A program made the translations under genes and the position numbers. This document shows, piece after piece, positions 50,186-60,907 of a stretch of 64,000 nt of DNA. The number at the start of each line of letters is the position of its first letter. Position 1 is the first letter of the stretch. The DNA is taken from NCBI GenBank assembly GCA_026415655.1, contig JAOAGR010000002.1, forward strand, positions 131,237-195,236, read 5' to 3'. Source of the stretch: Candidatus Dojkabacteria bacterium (lineage in GTDB: Bacteria > Patescibacteriota > Dojkabacteria > JAOAGR01). The notes below the pieces were generated by a model. It did no database searches. It saw only the letters and a list, made by a program, of their open reading frames with translations, and was not told the origin of the DNA.

Positions 50186-53100
50186 TTATATTGTCTCAAT
50201 ATTATTAACTATGTTCTGAAAATCGGTTAGATTTAAATCTGATGGATATTTCTTTTTTAATTTTATCAAATGATCTTTTGTGTGATTTGGAATTTGAATA
50301 TAAATATCTATACCATTATCACAAGCTATACTTTTGAGATACAAACTTAATTTTTCTAAATCTTCTTTTGTAGTACCACGATTGATAATTATTTTAATGG
50401 CTTTATTTTGTATTTTGTCCGGTTCTAATTTTTGAGGAGTGTCTATTGTTCTAGTATTTGTTTTATCTTCATTCTGTTGGTTATTAGAGAGTTGATTTTT
50501 TGTAGAGATAGAAATATTTTGGATTTGTTTTTCTGATAGCTTTTCTCTTGTTTTAACTTCTTCCTGTTTTGAACTGGATTGACCTTTATTGATTTTTAAT
50601 TCATATAGTTTTTTTAGCTGTGTTGTGGTAAAGATCTTAACTTTTTCTGGTACTAACTCTGTTTCGTACTTTTTGTCAATTATACGGGTAATTAGTGTTC
50701 CTTTAATATTTATATAGTCATTTATTTCCGGCTCTTTCTCAAGAGACCCAAATATTTTTGGAAATAAAGTTACTTCTATACTGCCTGTTTGATCGGCGAC
50801 GGTAACAAATGCCATTTTTTCCTGTTTCTTGGTTGTAATAATTTTTAACTTAGTAATTTTTCCAAATATATTTACTAGCTCATTTTTTGTATAACTATCA
50901 TTGCTTTCATTTTCGTCGTCAGCTTCCATTATTTCACTCTGTTCGTTTTCGGCAAGTTCGCTTATTGTATTGTAACCATTAGAGTACAGATATTCAGATA
51001 CTTTCATTCCGATATCTTTTGTAAATTGTAATTTTAAAAATTCAAGTTCCCATGATATTTTTTCTTCGTCTGTGGTATCTTTGTTTGGTACAAGTGTTAC
51101 ATTATTCCAATTTGTATTTTTTGTCGTTTCTTGCCCAAAAAGGTTCGTCATACCTGTATCTACATGATCTTGTAATGAGTGAAATTTTGAATAAATTCTT
51201 TCGTAGATTTCTAACAATCCATTTCTATCACCAAATTCATCAAATGCACCGATTTTTATAAGTATTTCAAGGCATTTTTTAGTAACTGCTCTGTGATCTA
51301 CTCTATAACAAAAGTCATCAAGAGATAAATATTCACCATTTTTTTGGCGTTCCTCTACGATATTTCTTACTGCATTATCACCGACACCTTTGATACTGCC
51401 AAGACCAAAACGAATGTTGTTTTGATTTTCTATCGTAAAGTAGATATCTGATTTATTTATAGATGGGGGAAGTATCTTGATACCGTGTGCAGCGGCATCT
51501 ACAGCAAGCTTTGCTATTTTTTCCAATTTATCCAAATATCCAAACATCATTGCTACATAGTATTCGATAGTGTAGTTTGCCTTTAGGTATGCGGTTATAT
51601 AAGCGATATAACCATAGGCTGCGGAATGTGATTTATTAAAACCATAATCTGCAAATGGTAAAACATATTGCCAGAGCTGATCAGCTATTTCTTTGCCATA
51701 ATGAGGAAATTTTTCTATAAAACCGTTCTTAAATTTTGTTTCCTCTTGAGCAATAAGATCATTTAATTTTTTACCAACGGCTTTTCTTATGTTGTCAGCG
51801 CCACCAACTGTATATCCACATAGTTCACTTGCGATCCTTAACAATTGTTCTTGATATATAGCAAAACCATATGATATTTTGAGTATAGGCTCTAGTTCCG
51901 GAATTATATATTCAACTGGTTCACGTCCATGCTTGCGATTAATATATCTTGGAATATACTCTAACGGACCGGGACGATATAAGGCGCACATAGCGACGAT
52001 TTCTTCTATCTTTGTGGGTTTTAACTCTTTTAAGTATTTTCTCATTCCTGCAGATTCAAGCTGGAACACACCTGTAGTATCACCTTTTTGTAATATTTCG
52101 TATGCTTTTGGGTCATCTTCTGGAATATGAAAAACATCAATTGTAATATTTCGGTATTTTTTAATTAATTCAATTGTCTTGTCAATCGTTGATAAATTTA
52201 TTAAACCTAAAAAATCGAATTTCATCATTCCAAGTCCTTCTAGATAAGCACCTTCGATTTGAGTTATTATACGATTACCTGATTGTCTTTCTTTCTGTAC
52301 AGGACAGTATTCTATAATTGGATTTGGGGTTATTAGATATCCACAAGCGTGTGTTGAAATGTTTCGGGGTGAGTTTTCTAGCCCTTTTACATATTGTATC
52401 AATTTTGCATTTTTGGGGGTGACATCTATGAGATGGGTTAGTTCCTCACCGCATTGACAGTGAGTTTCATGGGTGTCGTAGAATAGTCTTTTTTCTTTAA
52501 TACAGGCTTTTATTTGAACTAGATTCGAACTATCACCCTTTAATATCTCTCGAAATCTTAAAATTTTTTCCCTATTTTTATCTAAGATACCTTTTTCTTT
52601 ATTACTTGCTAATAAATCAGAAATTAATGGATATATTGGCATGACCTTTCCAAATGTTACGGGAACAAGCTTGGAAAGGCTATCAGCTGTTTTTAAATCT
52701 ATATCTAAGACTCGTGCTGCATCTCGTATTGCATTTCTGGTTGTTAGTTTACCTATGGCTCCAACGTTACATACATTCTCTTCACCATAAGTTTTTTTGA
52801 CGAATTCTATTACTTTTTCGCGACCGTGGTCTGCGATATCTAAATCAATATCAGGAAAGGATTTTCTTTCGGGATTAAGAAATCTTTCGAAGATTAATTC
52901 ATATTTGATTGGATCAACTGTAGTGATGCCTATTGCATATGCGACTGCCGATCCAGCAGCCGAACCTCTTGTTGATACGAATATACCATTCTCTCTAGCC
53001 CAGTTAACTATTGACCAGACAACCAAAAAATACCCATCATATCCTTTTTCGTGGATTACTTGAAGTTCATAATTTAGTCTGTCCTCCAACTCTTTGTTAT

Positions 53101-54031
53101 AATAACCGAATCTTTTTTCCGCATTTTCAAATACTAACTTTCTCAAAAACGACTCTTCCGTCTCCCCTTCGGGTATAAATGGATAGACCGGCTGTACTTT
53201 ACCATGACTTATGCTGTATTGTTCGACCTTTTCTGCTATTTCTAGTGTAGCCTGTAATGCTTCTGGAAGATCTTCGAATAACTTTTCCATTTCTTCCGGA
53301 CTTTTGAAATAAGCCTCATGTGTCTCTTGTTTACGACGACTAGGATCTGACATTTTTTTGCCATCATCTATGGCCCACATTACCTCTCTGATCTCAGCAT
53401 CTTCTTCAGTTAGATAATAAACAGGGTTTGTAGCAACAAGTTTTATTCTTTTTTGTTGAGCCAATTTAATTAATTCATCATTGACATAGCTTTCGTACTG
53501 ATAACCTAATCTTTGGATCTCAACATAAAAATCATCACCAAAAATGTTTGTGTACCACTCAATGATCTGATCGGTTTCCTTTTTGTTACCAGTATATATA
53601 GTATTTGCAAGTTGACTTTTTGGACCGCCTATGAGACATATAATCCCTTCTTTGTATTTTTCTAAAAGTTCCTTATCTACCCGAGGTTTGTAATAAAATC
53701 CTTCGATATGTGAATATGAGATTATCTTTATTAAATTTTTATATCCTATGAAGTTTTTTGCCAACAGAGTTATGCTGGATGTTTTTTCATCTATTTTTGC
53801 CACTTTATCAAAACGGCTACGTGGTGCGATGTTAGTATGTACACCGATGATAGGTTTGATTTCCTTTTCTTTGCATTTGTCAAAAAATTTTGGCAGCCCG
53901 TAAAGATTAGAATTATCAGTCAGTGCTATCGCAGGCATGTTGTAAGATTTGGCTTTCGACGGTATAATATCTACGTTGAGGTTGGAATCCAAGATAGAGT
54001 AGTGACTGTGGACTCTGAGGTGAATGTACAT
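50186..54031 (-). CDS. dnaE: DNA polymerase III alpha subunit
   Basis: N-terminal PHP domain MYIHLRVHSHYSILDS, polymerase palm/fingers, and OB-fold near the C-terminus. Length 1281 aa. Confidence 0.95.
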   Translation of the reverse strand: MYIHLRVHSHYSILDSNLNVDIIPSKAKSYNMPAIALTDNSNLYGLPKFFDKCKEKEIKPIIGVHTNIAPRSRFDKVAKIDEKTSSITLLAKNFIGYKNLIKIISYSHIEGFYYKPRVDKELLEKYKEGIICLIGGPKSQLANTIYTGNKKETDQIIEWYTNIFGDDFYVEIQRLGYQYESYVNDELIKLAQQKRIKLVATNPVYYLTEEDAEIREVMWAIDDGKKMSDPSRRKQETHEAYFKSPEEMEKLFEDLPEALQATLEIAEKVEQYSISHGKVQPVYPFIPEGETEESFLRKLVFENAEKRFGYYNKELEDRLNYELQVIHEKGYDGYFLVVWSIVNWARENGIFVSTRGSAAGSAVAYAIGITTVDPIKYELIFERFLNPERKSFPDIDLDIADHGREKVIEFVKKTYGEENVCNVGAIGKLTTRNAIRDAARVLDIDLKTADSLSKLVPVTFGKVMPIYPLISDLLASNKEKGILDKNREKILRFREILKGDSSNLVQIKACIKEKRLFYDTHETHCQCGEELTHLIDVTPKNAKLIQYVKGLENSPRNISTHACGYLITPNPIIEYCPVQKERQSGNRIITQIEGAYLEGLGMMKFDFLGLINLSTIDKTIELIKKYRNITIDVFHIPEDDPKAYEILQKGDTTGVFQLESAGMRKYLKELKPTKIEEIVAMCALYRPGPLEYIPRYINRKHGREPVEYIIPELEPILKISYGFAIYQEQLLRIASELCGYTVGGADNIRKAVGKKLNDLIAQEETKFKNGFIEKFPHYGKEIADQLWQYVLPFADYGFNKSHSAAYGYIAYITAYLKANYTIEYYVAMMFGYLDKLEKIAKLAVDAAAHGIKILPPSINKSDIYFTIENQNNIRFGLGSIKGVGDNAVRNIVEERQKNGEYLSLDDFCYRVDHRAVTKKCLEILIKIGAFDEFGDRNGLLEIYERIYSKFHSLQDHVDTGMTNLFGQETTKNTNWNNVTLVPNKDTTDEEKISWELEFLKLQFTKDIGMKVSEYLYSNGYNTISELAENEQSEIMEADDENESNDSYTKNELVNIFGKITKLKIITTKKQEKMAFVTVADQTGSIEVTLFPKIFGSLEKEPEINDYINIKGTLITRIIDKKYETELVPEKVKIFTTTQLKKLYELKINKGQSSSKQEEVKTREKLSEKQIQNISISTKNQLSNNQQNEDKTNTRTIDTPQKLEPDKIQNKAIKIIINRGTTKEDLEKLSLYLKSIACDNGIDIYIQIPNHTKDHLIKLKKKYPSDLNLTDFQNIVNNIETI

Positions 54032-54097
54032 GGAGTAAGTTTAGCAGATTGGTAAAACCAGTTTGTAGTCTGATAAATATATAATAAAAAACTAAAT

Positions 54098-55078
54098 ATG
54101 TCTCTAACACGCATAACAGAAAATTTGAGAAAAATGTTTCAAGGTTACTCAGTAGTAAATGTTGCCAGTGCAATATTTGAAATGTTTTCAATCTTGATGC
54201 CATTGTGCTCTCAGAGAGACGATTCATCTGACAATAGATTCGCCTGGACGAGCATAGATATTTATTCTTGCCAACATAGAGATCAAGAAATTAAATTTGA
54301 TGGTGTTAAAAGGATGGGACTATTCCAAAGATTACATGCCGCCGGTATTGCAAGGATAGTATATACGTTAGAAGGATATGGTCCTGCTTTTTTTCATCCG
54401 GCCTTCAGCGTTAAGCCTCCACAACCATCATCAGAGGAAAGTGTTCATAATTATTATCTGTTACTCTATTTTAATCTTGGAATAAAAAATTTTGTGCTTA
54501 GATTTCCTATTGGGACTTTGCATATTGATTGTGGACCAATAAAACAGCTAGAGACCGGTAAATTAATAGAATTGAATCAAGATAGATTAAAAGAATTGAA
54601 TCAAGATAGATTAAAAGAATTATCAGATTTACTACAAGATCAAAGATACGCTGTACAATTAGGAAGAGCAGCAATATTACCTGGATTTAGGCGTAGAAAT
54701 GCTGCTTCTAGGAATCATGCAATGAATGTAAATGGTTCAGATACTGGTAATATTTATCAAAAAGTAGGAAGGTTTGTGCAATCATTATTAATTGATATTT
54801 CTTCGTCACAACCACAACAAATATTCATAGTTTCACTTATAAATAAAGGTAATCAAGGTTCTTTGAGTGGATTCAAGAGAGTAGTAAGGGCAGCATTAAA
54901 TCTACAAACTGATGATGGTTTTGATAATTACATATATGCATTGCAATCACCTGAAATACCGTATTCTTATAGACATTTTATGAGATATTTTAGTGATATT
55001 AATATACTTGCTGTTCCCAGTCGTACAGTGAATCCTTCACAACATGAACAAACTAATGTCTCTACCAACATTACATAA
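54098..55078 (+). CDS. Hypothetical protein with elevated GC; contains a 24-bp tandem duplication and may be distantly related to the high-GC family
   Basis: 326 aa. Internal repeat ELNQDRLKELNQDRLK encoded by tandem 24-mers. Weak resemblance (QEI...YTLEGYGPAFFHPAF) to YILYEGVRIPDPRQIG of 4301..5023. Confidence 0.45.
   Translation: MSLTRITENLRKMFQGYSVVNVASAIFEMFSILMPLCSQRDDSSDNRFAWTSIDIYSCQHRDQEIKFDGVKRMGLFQRLHAAGIARIVYTLEGYGPAFFHPAFSVKPPQPSSEESVHNYYLLLYFNLGIKNFVLRFPIGTLHIDCGPIKQLETGKLIELNQDRLKELNQDRLKELSDLLQDQRYAVQLGRAAILPGFRRRNAASRNHAMNVNGSDTGNIYQKVGRFVQSLLIDISSSQPQQIFIVSLINKGNQGSLSGFKRVVRAALNLQTDDGFDNYIYALQSPEIPYSYRHFMRYFSDINILAVPSRTVNPSQHEQTNVSTNIT
54569..54622 (+). repeat. Perfect tandem duplication of a 24-bp unit (gaattgaatcaagatagattaaaa x2, plus a partial third)
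   Basis: Seen directly in the sequence. In-frame (8-aa ELNQDRLK repeat) inside the 54098..55078 ORF. Confidence 0.9.
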
Positions 55079-55094
55079 ATATGATTATAATTGA

Positions 55095-57452
55095 TTGATG
55101 GAAATATTTTTTTTTGTGTTATATGTGTCCATTATATTGTTTGAGGCATTTATTTTATTCATTTTGCGAAACTATGTTGAACGAAAATTTTATAAATTTG
55201 TTTTTTATTTTATATCTTTTCATATATTGTGGATGGCATCTGTTTATCTATTTTTGGCAACACATTTTTTGTCCAATTATTCGGAAGTTATAGACTATAT
55301 AAAAGGAATTCCGCATGCTTTTGGATTGCTTGCTATTTTTTTTGTTTATATTTTCCTATACAATATATCACTAAAAACCATCCACGGAATTAAGTTTTTT
55401 ATAATAACAAATCATTATATAATTATTATATTTACTTTTTTTAATTTTGTTATATGCTTATTCACGGATAATATAATTCAAGAAATTGATATAAACAATA
55501 CAAAACCAATATTTGGTCAACTATATTTTTTTTATATATTAAATGTGATTTATATATTAATTGTAAATATCATTATTGTTATATCTTCTATGGTTTTTAG
55601 TGTAAAAAAAAGTTTTTATACATACATCATATTGGGGTTGTTATTATCAGTTACTTGGGCTGTTATTACTAATTTATTTATACCTGTATTATTTCGGACG
55701 TCGTCTTATTCCTTATTAGGTCCTCTTGGGATTACTTTCTTTCTTTTCTCTGTATACCAAGCATATGTAAAAACGAAACTTTTATCACCAAGTACTATTT
55801 TAAAAAAGATTTTAATATATTCGATTATATCGATTTTTTCATATACAGTGTTTTATCTAGTCGCTTATATGGAAACTGTATTTTTTGGCTCTATATTTAG
55901 TCGAGAGGCGTATTTGTTTGGTATTTTAGTTGCTCCAACATTCGTGATTTTTTACGAACTTATTAATAGATCAATATATAGGTTCCCTTTGATCTTTCCA
56001 AAAGGTGTTACCACGAAAAATTATGTAGATGAATTTGCAATCACTATAAAATTGTCTCAGAATTTTGATAGAATAGAAACCAATCTAGACAATATACTTT
56101 CTATCTTAATTAATACTAATGAATATAGTATTATAATAACAGGACAATATATCTTTAATTCATTAAATACATCTCGTATTAAATTTGATCCAAATTGGGA
56201 CAAGAAACTTATTTTTTTTAAGGCAAAGAAGGAAATTATGAACCAATTATATGTTGTAAAAGATATAGTACAATTGGGCATTAAATATAATACTGATAGT
56301 TTGGCTTATTTGATAGATCACATGAACAAAAATAATTATGTAATATTTGGAATTTTCGGTGATGAATATGTCAAAATATGTATTTTTTTAGGGAGTAAGG
56401 ATAGATTTGACATAAATATTGAAATATTAGATCTATTATCGAAAGTAATGCACAATACTGCGGAAACAATATCGAAGATTGTCTTAAATGAAATTTTCAG
56501 AAAAAGACTGTTACTATTAAAGAACTCTATGTCAATTTTTATAGAAAAAGAAAAAGAACAAATAAAGATCGTACAAGAAAAATATCAGAGAGAAAAAGAT
56601 ATGCTTGGTATCATTGGTCATGAACTTAAAACACCTTTAACTGTTGCCAGGGGCAATATGGAGTTTTTATATGATAAAGTAATGAATGCGAATTCTATTA
56701 TTGAACTGGATCTTGATTATCTAAAAAAGAAAATAGATAAAATATTCAAGTCTATTTCAAAAGAAATTGATTTGGTACAAACTTTACTTAGCTCAGGGCA
56801 TGTAGAAAATGATAAAATCAGTTTTCAGTTTTCTCTTTTCAATTTTCTTGATGTTGTTGATTATTCGTATGAGCTATTTTCAGATGATGGTATAAGAAAA
56901 GGATTATGTGTAAATTATGAGAAGCCAACTGATTATGAAAATTATATTGTATTTTCCGATCAATCACGACTTTTAGAAATTACCAATAATCTCATTTCCA
57001 ATGCAATTAAATATACAGATAAAGGTGGGGTTGATATATTGATATCTCAAGATGGTGAAAGGATAATATTTAAAGTAAAGGATACTGGAAGAGGAATACC
57101 AAGGCATTTGCTTCATAAAATAGGACAAAAGTATTTTAGGATAGATCAGTATGGTAAGGGCAGCGATGACGCTAATGTTGTGCGTTCGGGAGGAACTGGA
57201 CTTGGTATATATGTAATTAAAAACATCTTAGATGCGATGGGTGGTAAATTAAATATAGTAAGCGAATATGGTGTTGGATCAACGTTTACTGCCTATATAC
57301 CAAAAGATGTACCAAACTATATAGCATCAAGAATTAATGATCTTGGATTTATGACTACAAATCCACTGGCAGTAAAGATATTTCAAGAAATCAAAGTATA
57401 TAGTGGAAAGGGTTCAAATATCACACAAACAACCCAGTCTCCGCAAATATAA
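55095..57452 (+). CDS. Sensor histidine kinase with a large polytopic N-terminal membrane domain (orphan; no response regulator in the window)
   Basis: About 10 TM helices in the first ~300 aa, HisKA H-box HELKTPL, and HATPase_c N/G1/G2 boxes (ISNAIKYT, DTGRGIP, GGTGLGIYVIKNILDAMGG). Confidence 0.85.
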   Translation: MMEIFFFVLYVSIILFEAFILFILRNYVERKFYKFVFYFISFHILWMASVYLFLATHFLSNYSEVIDYIKGIPHAFGLLAIFFVYIFLYNISLKTIHGIKFFIITNHYIIIIFTFFNFVICLFTDNIIQEIDINNTKPIFGQLYFFYILNVIYILIVNIIIVISSMVFSVKKSFYTYIILGLLLSVTWAVITNLFIPVLFRTSSYSLLGPLGITFFLFSVYQAYVKTKLLSPSTILKKILIYSIISIFSYTVFYLVAYMETVFFGSIFSREAYLFGILVAPTFVIFYELINRSIYRFPLIFPKGVTTKNYVDEFAITIKLSQNFDRIETNLDNILSILINTNEYSIIITGQYIFNSLNTSRIKFDPNWDKKLIFFKAKKEIMNQLYVVKDIVQLGIKYNTDSLAYLIDHMNKNNYVIFGIFGDEYVKICIFLGSKDRFDINIEILDLLSKVMHNTAETISKIVLNEIFRKRLLLLKNSMSIFIEKEKEQIKIVQEKYQREKDMLGIIGHELKTPLTVARGNMEFLYDKVMNANSIIELDLDYLKKKIDKIFKSISKEIDLVQTLLSSGHVENDKISFQFSLFNFLDVVDYSYELFSDDGIRKGLCVNYEKPTDYENYIVFSDQSRLLEITNNLISNAIKYTDKGGVDILISQDGERIIFKVKDTGRGIPRHLLHKIGQKYFRIDQYGKGSDDANVVRSGGTGLGIYVIKNILDAMGGKLNIVSEYGVGSTFTAYIPKDVPNYIASRINDLGFMTTNPLAVKIFQEIKVYSGKGSNITQTTQSPQI

Positions 57453-57481
57453 TATTGTTATATATGATAAAATAATACATT

Positions 57482-58927
57482 ATGGATAGTGGAAGATTGG
57501 TAGATATATCAAAAAATTCTAACAATATTATCTTTATATTGCCAGAATTTGTCACTATAGACGTAGTTTCTGCTACATTACTTTTGGCAAGATTTTACAA
57601 AAATAATGGTAAAGAAGTCACCTTGGGGCATTCAGGTAAATTGGGCAAATATGCGGAGTATCTGATTGAATATGCTGGATTTAAGGTATCCGATATTAAA
57701 AAATCTATAGATCCAATATCTTATGTGGTGAAGATTAAAGATTTAAATGATCAGGTTTATGTTGGATATAAACAAGTTGATGATATTTTAGAAATATACG
57801 TAACCCCAGAAAATAAGGCTGTGGACTTTTCTAAAATAGTTTACACAAAAACCGGAGGAATATATGATACAAATATTTATTTAGGTTGTTCCGATATATC
57901 TGTTTTGGGAAGTATTTATACAGATTTTGCTGCAAAATATGAAAAATTTAATAATATACCAATAAATAAGAATAATTCTGACATAACATTGGCAGAATTC
58001 GTTTGGGAGTTAATAGTTTCAGAGGGTGCCCATTTTAGCGAAATTGATGCTAAACTGGTTGCTTATGGAATAATTTTCGGCACTAGATTTTTGCAAAATA
58101 TCCGATCAAATAGTACTTATAAATTTATTGAATCCTTACAGTCCATATATAAAATAAACTTAACAGAGATTATCAGTAATATATATGGTGATGATCTGGT
58201 TTATAAACTGAGGAAAAAAGTATATTCAAAAGCTGTGTTAGATAATGTGCGAAAAGCTGTCTATGTTTTAGTAAATACTGATGAACTCGAAAATATGGAT
58301 ATTGATCTTTTATTTTCTTTTTTCGTACTTTCTGATGGAATAAACACGATACTGGTAGAAATTGATGAGAAGTCTCTTTATTTTATCACAAACCGTAGTG
58401 ACCTAATTAATTTTAAATCACAGATAATTATCGATGGAATTAATTATATTTATCGTGAAAAATCGCACGAAGCATTGACCGACGTTATGAATTTTATATC
58501 TTATGGATTTAGTATTGCCCAGAATCAGGTAGTTGAAGACACAAAAAGTGTTGTAGAAGAAAATAAAGTATTTCAACAGTATTCGAGTATAACGCCAAGT
58601 ACATCTCAAACCCAAAACATAACAGATACAAAAACCAATTTTAATTATCACTCAGTTGATCAAACAGCACCACAACATATTTCTGAAAATACTGCGAACA
58701 TATATGATCATAGTTCATTTACGACACAATCGAATTCATTTAATAACCCATCCTATTCTTCAAATAATACCTCTGGATATGGCGCTTCAAATATATCAAA
58801 TAACAATCAGGCTAATGATCAAAGTCCTCCTTTTGTACCATCAAACGAGGTAGTCATAGATCCGAATGCAAAGCCATATTATGTACCAAATAGTTCTACT
58901 GCTTCTCCTTTTCAAAAGGCAAATTAA
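57482..58927 (+). CDS. Hypothetical protein, possibly a degenerate DHH/DHHA1 (NrnA-like) fold, with a Q/N/S-rich C-terminal tail
   Basis: N-terminal IIFILPEFVTIDVVSATLLLARFYKNNGKEVTL parallels the NrnA N-terminus (H-PDGDALGS...LGKEV) but lacks the DHH catalytic residues. About 100 aa low-complexity S/N/Q tail. Confidence 0.4.
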   Translation: MDSGRLVDISKNSNNIIFILPEFVTIDVVSATLLLARFYKNNGKEVTLGHSGKLGKYAEYLIEYAGFKVSDIKKSIDPISYVVKIKDLNDQVYVGYKQVDDILEIYVTPENKAVDFSKIVYTKTGGIYDTNIYLGCSDISVLGSIYTDFAAKYEKFNNIPINKNNSDITLAEFVWELIVSEGAHFSEIDAKLVAYGIIFGTRFLQNIRSNSTYKFIESLQSIYKINLTEIISNIYGDDLVYKLRKKVYSKAVLDNVRKAVYVLVNTDELENMDIDLLFSFFVLSDGINTILVEIDEKSLYFITNRSDLINFKSQIIIDGINYIYREKSHEALTDVMNFISYGFSIAQNQVVEDTKSVVEENKVFQQYSSITPSTSQTQNITDTKTNFNYHSVDQTAPQHISENTANIYDHSSFTTQSNSFNNPSYSSNNTSGYGASNISNNNQANDQSPPFVPSNEVVIDPNAKPYYVPNSSTASPFQKAN

Positions 58928-58981
58928 GAGATATTTACATCTTTGGAAAAAATGTCTATTCTATTATTAGAATAGACGCAT

Positions 58982-59542
58982 ATGAGTCGATCAAAAAATA
59001 ATAATCAAAAAGAGAATCTTATTTATGATTTGGTAGATTTGTCTTTGATTCCAGCCTTTCTTTTGATTCTAGCTAAAGTTGGGGGTATTGCTTTTTTAAA
59101 TTGGATTTTGAATTTGGATTGGAGAATAGTTCAGGATAACGGTTTGTTTATTAGTTTTAAGTTGACCTATCCCACCTTAGAGCAAGTTGTAATTGTTAAT
59201 TCATACTCAAATCTTTTTATGTATATTTGTATACTTGCGGGAGTTATGGTAGTTACTTCAAAGTCGATGCTTTTGAATCATAAAAAGGCTTCGCCATATC
59301 TTGTCTTGAAACTTGCAAAAATGGACTTGCTACATCTTTTGCAGACATCAATCAAAATTTACAAGGAAGTATTTGTATGGATATTATTTTTGATTGTTAC
59401 GACTGTTTATATATTCATATCATTCTTGTTAGAACTTAATTATGCTTGGATAGCTGGATTAACATTAGTAACAACTTTAGTCATTTTGTGGATTATCATA
59501 CAGAATATCGAAGAAGATGTTTTGTATACAAAATACAAGTAA
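58982..59542 (+). CDS. Polytopic membrane protein (4-5 TM)
   Basis: 186 aa, hydrophobic helices throughout. Confidence 0.5.
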   Translation: MSRSKNNNQKENLIYDLVDLSLIPAFLLILAKVGGIAFLNWILNLDWRIVQDNGLFISFKLTYPTLEQVVIVNSYSNLFMYICILAGVMVVTSKSMLLNHKKASPYLVLKLAKMDLLHLLQTSIKIYKEVFVWILFLIVTTVYIFISFLLELNYAWIAGLTLVTTLVILWIIIQNIEEDVLYTKYK

Positions 59543-59581
59543 CTAGAAATTTTTATAAAAATATTCTAAATTAGTGTAGAT

Positions 59582-60292
59582 ATGGAAAATGTAATACAAA
59601 AAATAAATAAAATTGGACATTATTTGAATATTTCATCAGAGTCATTCATGTTATTTGCTCTGGTGTGTATTTTTGCTATCCCTTTTGTAATTGCAAAAAG
59701 TATCGAGCCAGCTGTCCAAACAGATAATAGCTCTAATATTGCTTATATTTACGTACCCGTCAATAACACAAACACAAATCTTGCTGCAAATTCTGGACAA
59801 GGAAACACGACAGAGAATTCACAAAATCAAGAGATCTCTGATAACAATTTAGCTAGCAATGCTATCACACTACCAAATGTACTAGGTTTAATATTAGAAA
59901 ATAATAATGTAATAGCTGATCAGGCTTCACAAAGTTTGTTAAAAGTAAATCTTGTTGATGAACATGAATATATGTTTGATAAATTCGAATATAGCGTTAC
60001 TAGTGAAGAAGAGTATAGACTTAGAATATCTTCCGGTAAACAAATGGATGGTATTGAAATATTGAGAGTAGTAAATAGTTCTACTGAGTCACGTCTGTTT
60101 TCGGTGGATGTACGTAGTTTTTCGGGTGATATACAATTTATAAAATTGAAAGTAGGAGATGTAGCGATAAATATCTCTGATGTAGTTTGGCCTCAGTACT
60201 TTACTATAGAACCTACTCAGGAGGTATCGATATTTTTCTCATATTCATCAGTAAAACCATTTGACATTGACATCCAAATCAAAAACTATTAA
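59582..60292 (+). CDS. Signal-anchored secreted hypothetical protein
   Basis: 236 aa with an N-terminal hydrophobic anchor (FMLFALVCIFAIPFVIA) followed by an extracytoplasmic domain. Confidence 0.5.
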   Translation: MENVIQKINKIGHYLNISSESFMLFALVCIFAIPFVIAKSIEPAVQTDNSSNIAYIYVPVNNTNTNLAANSGQGNTTENSQNQEISDNNLASNAITLPNVLGLILENNNVIADQASQSLLKVNLVDEHEYMFDKFEYSVTSEEEYRLRISSGKQMDGIEILRVVNSSTESRLFSVDVRSFSGDIQFIKLKVGDVAINISDVVWPQYFTIEPTQEVSIFFSYSSVKPFDIDIQIKNY

Positions 60293-60304
60293 TAAATATA
60301 CTGT

Positions 60305-60835
60305 ATGGCAAAAATAAAAATAAATAACCAACTCAAAGGTTTTTCACTCGTAGAAATAATCGTAGTACTAGCAATTATTGGGATTTTGGTTGGTATAGCT
60401 ATACCAGCTATTTTGGCGGCTCAAAGAAGTTCTAGACAGACTGCACAGGAAGCTGTTATGAATACAATAAGAACAGGTTATAGCTCTAATTTTACGAAGA
60501 CATCTTTTAGATCATTTATAATAGCTCCTACTAATAATTTGTGTCCTACCAGTGTTAGCAGTACAGCATATGCACAGACCAGTACTGTGAATCCGAATAG
60601 TAGGTTTTTTATTGTTTCTACCTCAAATGGCAGTAATAGTGGTCCTGGTGTCAGTATAGAATGTTTTTCGGCAGAGAATAGGAGTCAGTTTAATATTCAT
60701 CGTCTTGTTTCCGGGACTTGTTCAGATGCAAATAATCGTAGTGATGCTCAAAATATTAGATTTATAGATAATGGTACTACTCTATTTTATTGTACAGAGG
60801 ATGGATCTTCTAAGGAATTTCCATATAGGTCCTGA
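60305..60835 (+). CDS. Type IV pilin / pseudopilin-like protein (prepilin-type N-terminal cleavage/methylation domain)
   Basis: Class III signal KGFSLVEIIVVLAIIGILVGIAIPAI (G|F cleavage site, Glu at +5), then a Cys-containing globular domain. Confidence 0.8.
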   Translation: MAKIKINNQLKGFSLVEIIVVLAIIGILVGIAIPAILAAQRSSRQTAQEAVMNTIRTGYSSNFTKTSFRSFIIAPTNNLCPTSVSSTAYAQTSTVNPNSRFFIVSTSNGSNSGPGVSIECFSAENRSQFNIHRLVSGTCSDANNRSDAQNIRFIDNGTTLFYCTEDGSSKEFPYRS

Positions 60836-60907
60836 TATAATTTCTACTTTTAGTTATTTTAATCCTTGGTCTTTACCAAGGATTTTTTTTATTTGTATAA
60901 TGCCTTT

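Noticed and set aside
53916-54227. Minus-strand 103-aa ORF overlapping the dnaE start
   Set aside because: Different frame from dnaE, whose N-terminus (MYIHLRVHSHYSILD, PHP domain) is conserved and fixes the start at 54031. Likely spurious.
60866-60907. Upstream extension of lepA (track start at 60866, MVFTKDFFYLYNAF...)
   Set aside because: The conserved LepA N-terminus begins at MDISKIRNF (ATG 60908); the extension is non-conserved and overlaps the preceding gene's tail region.
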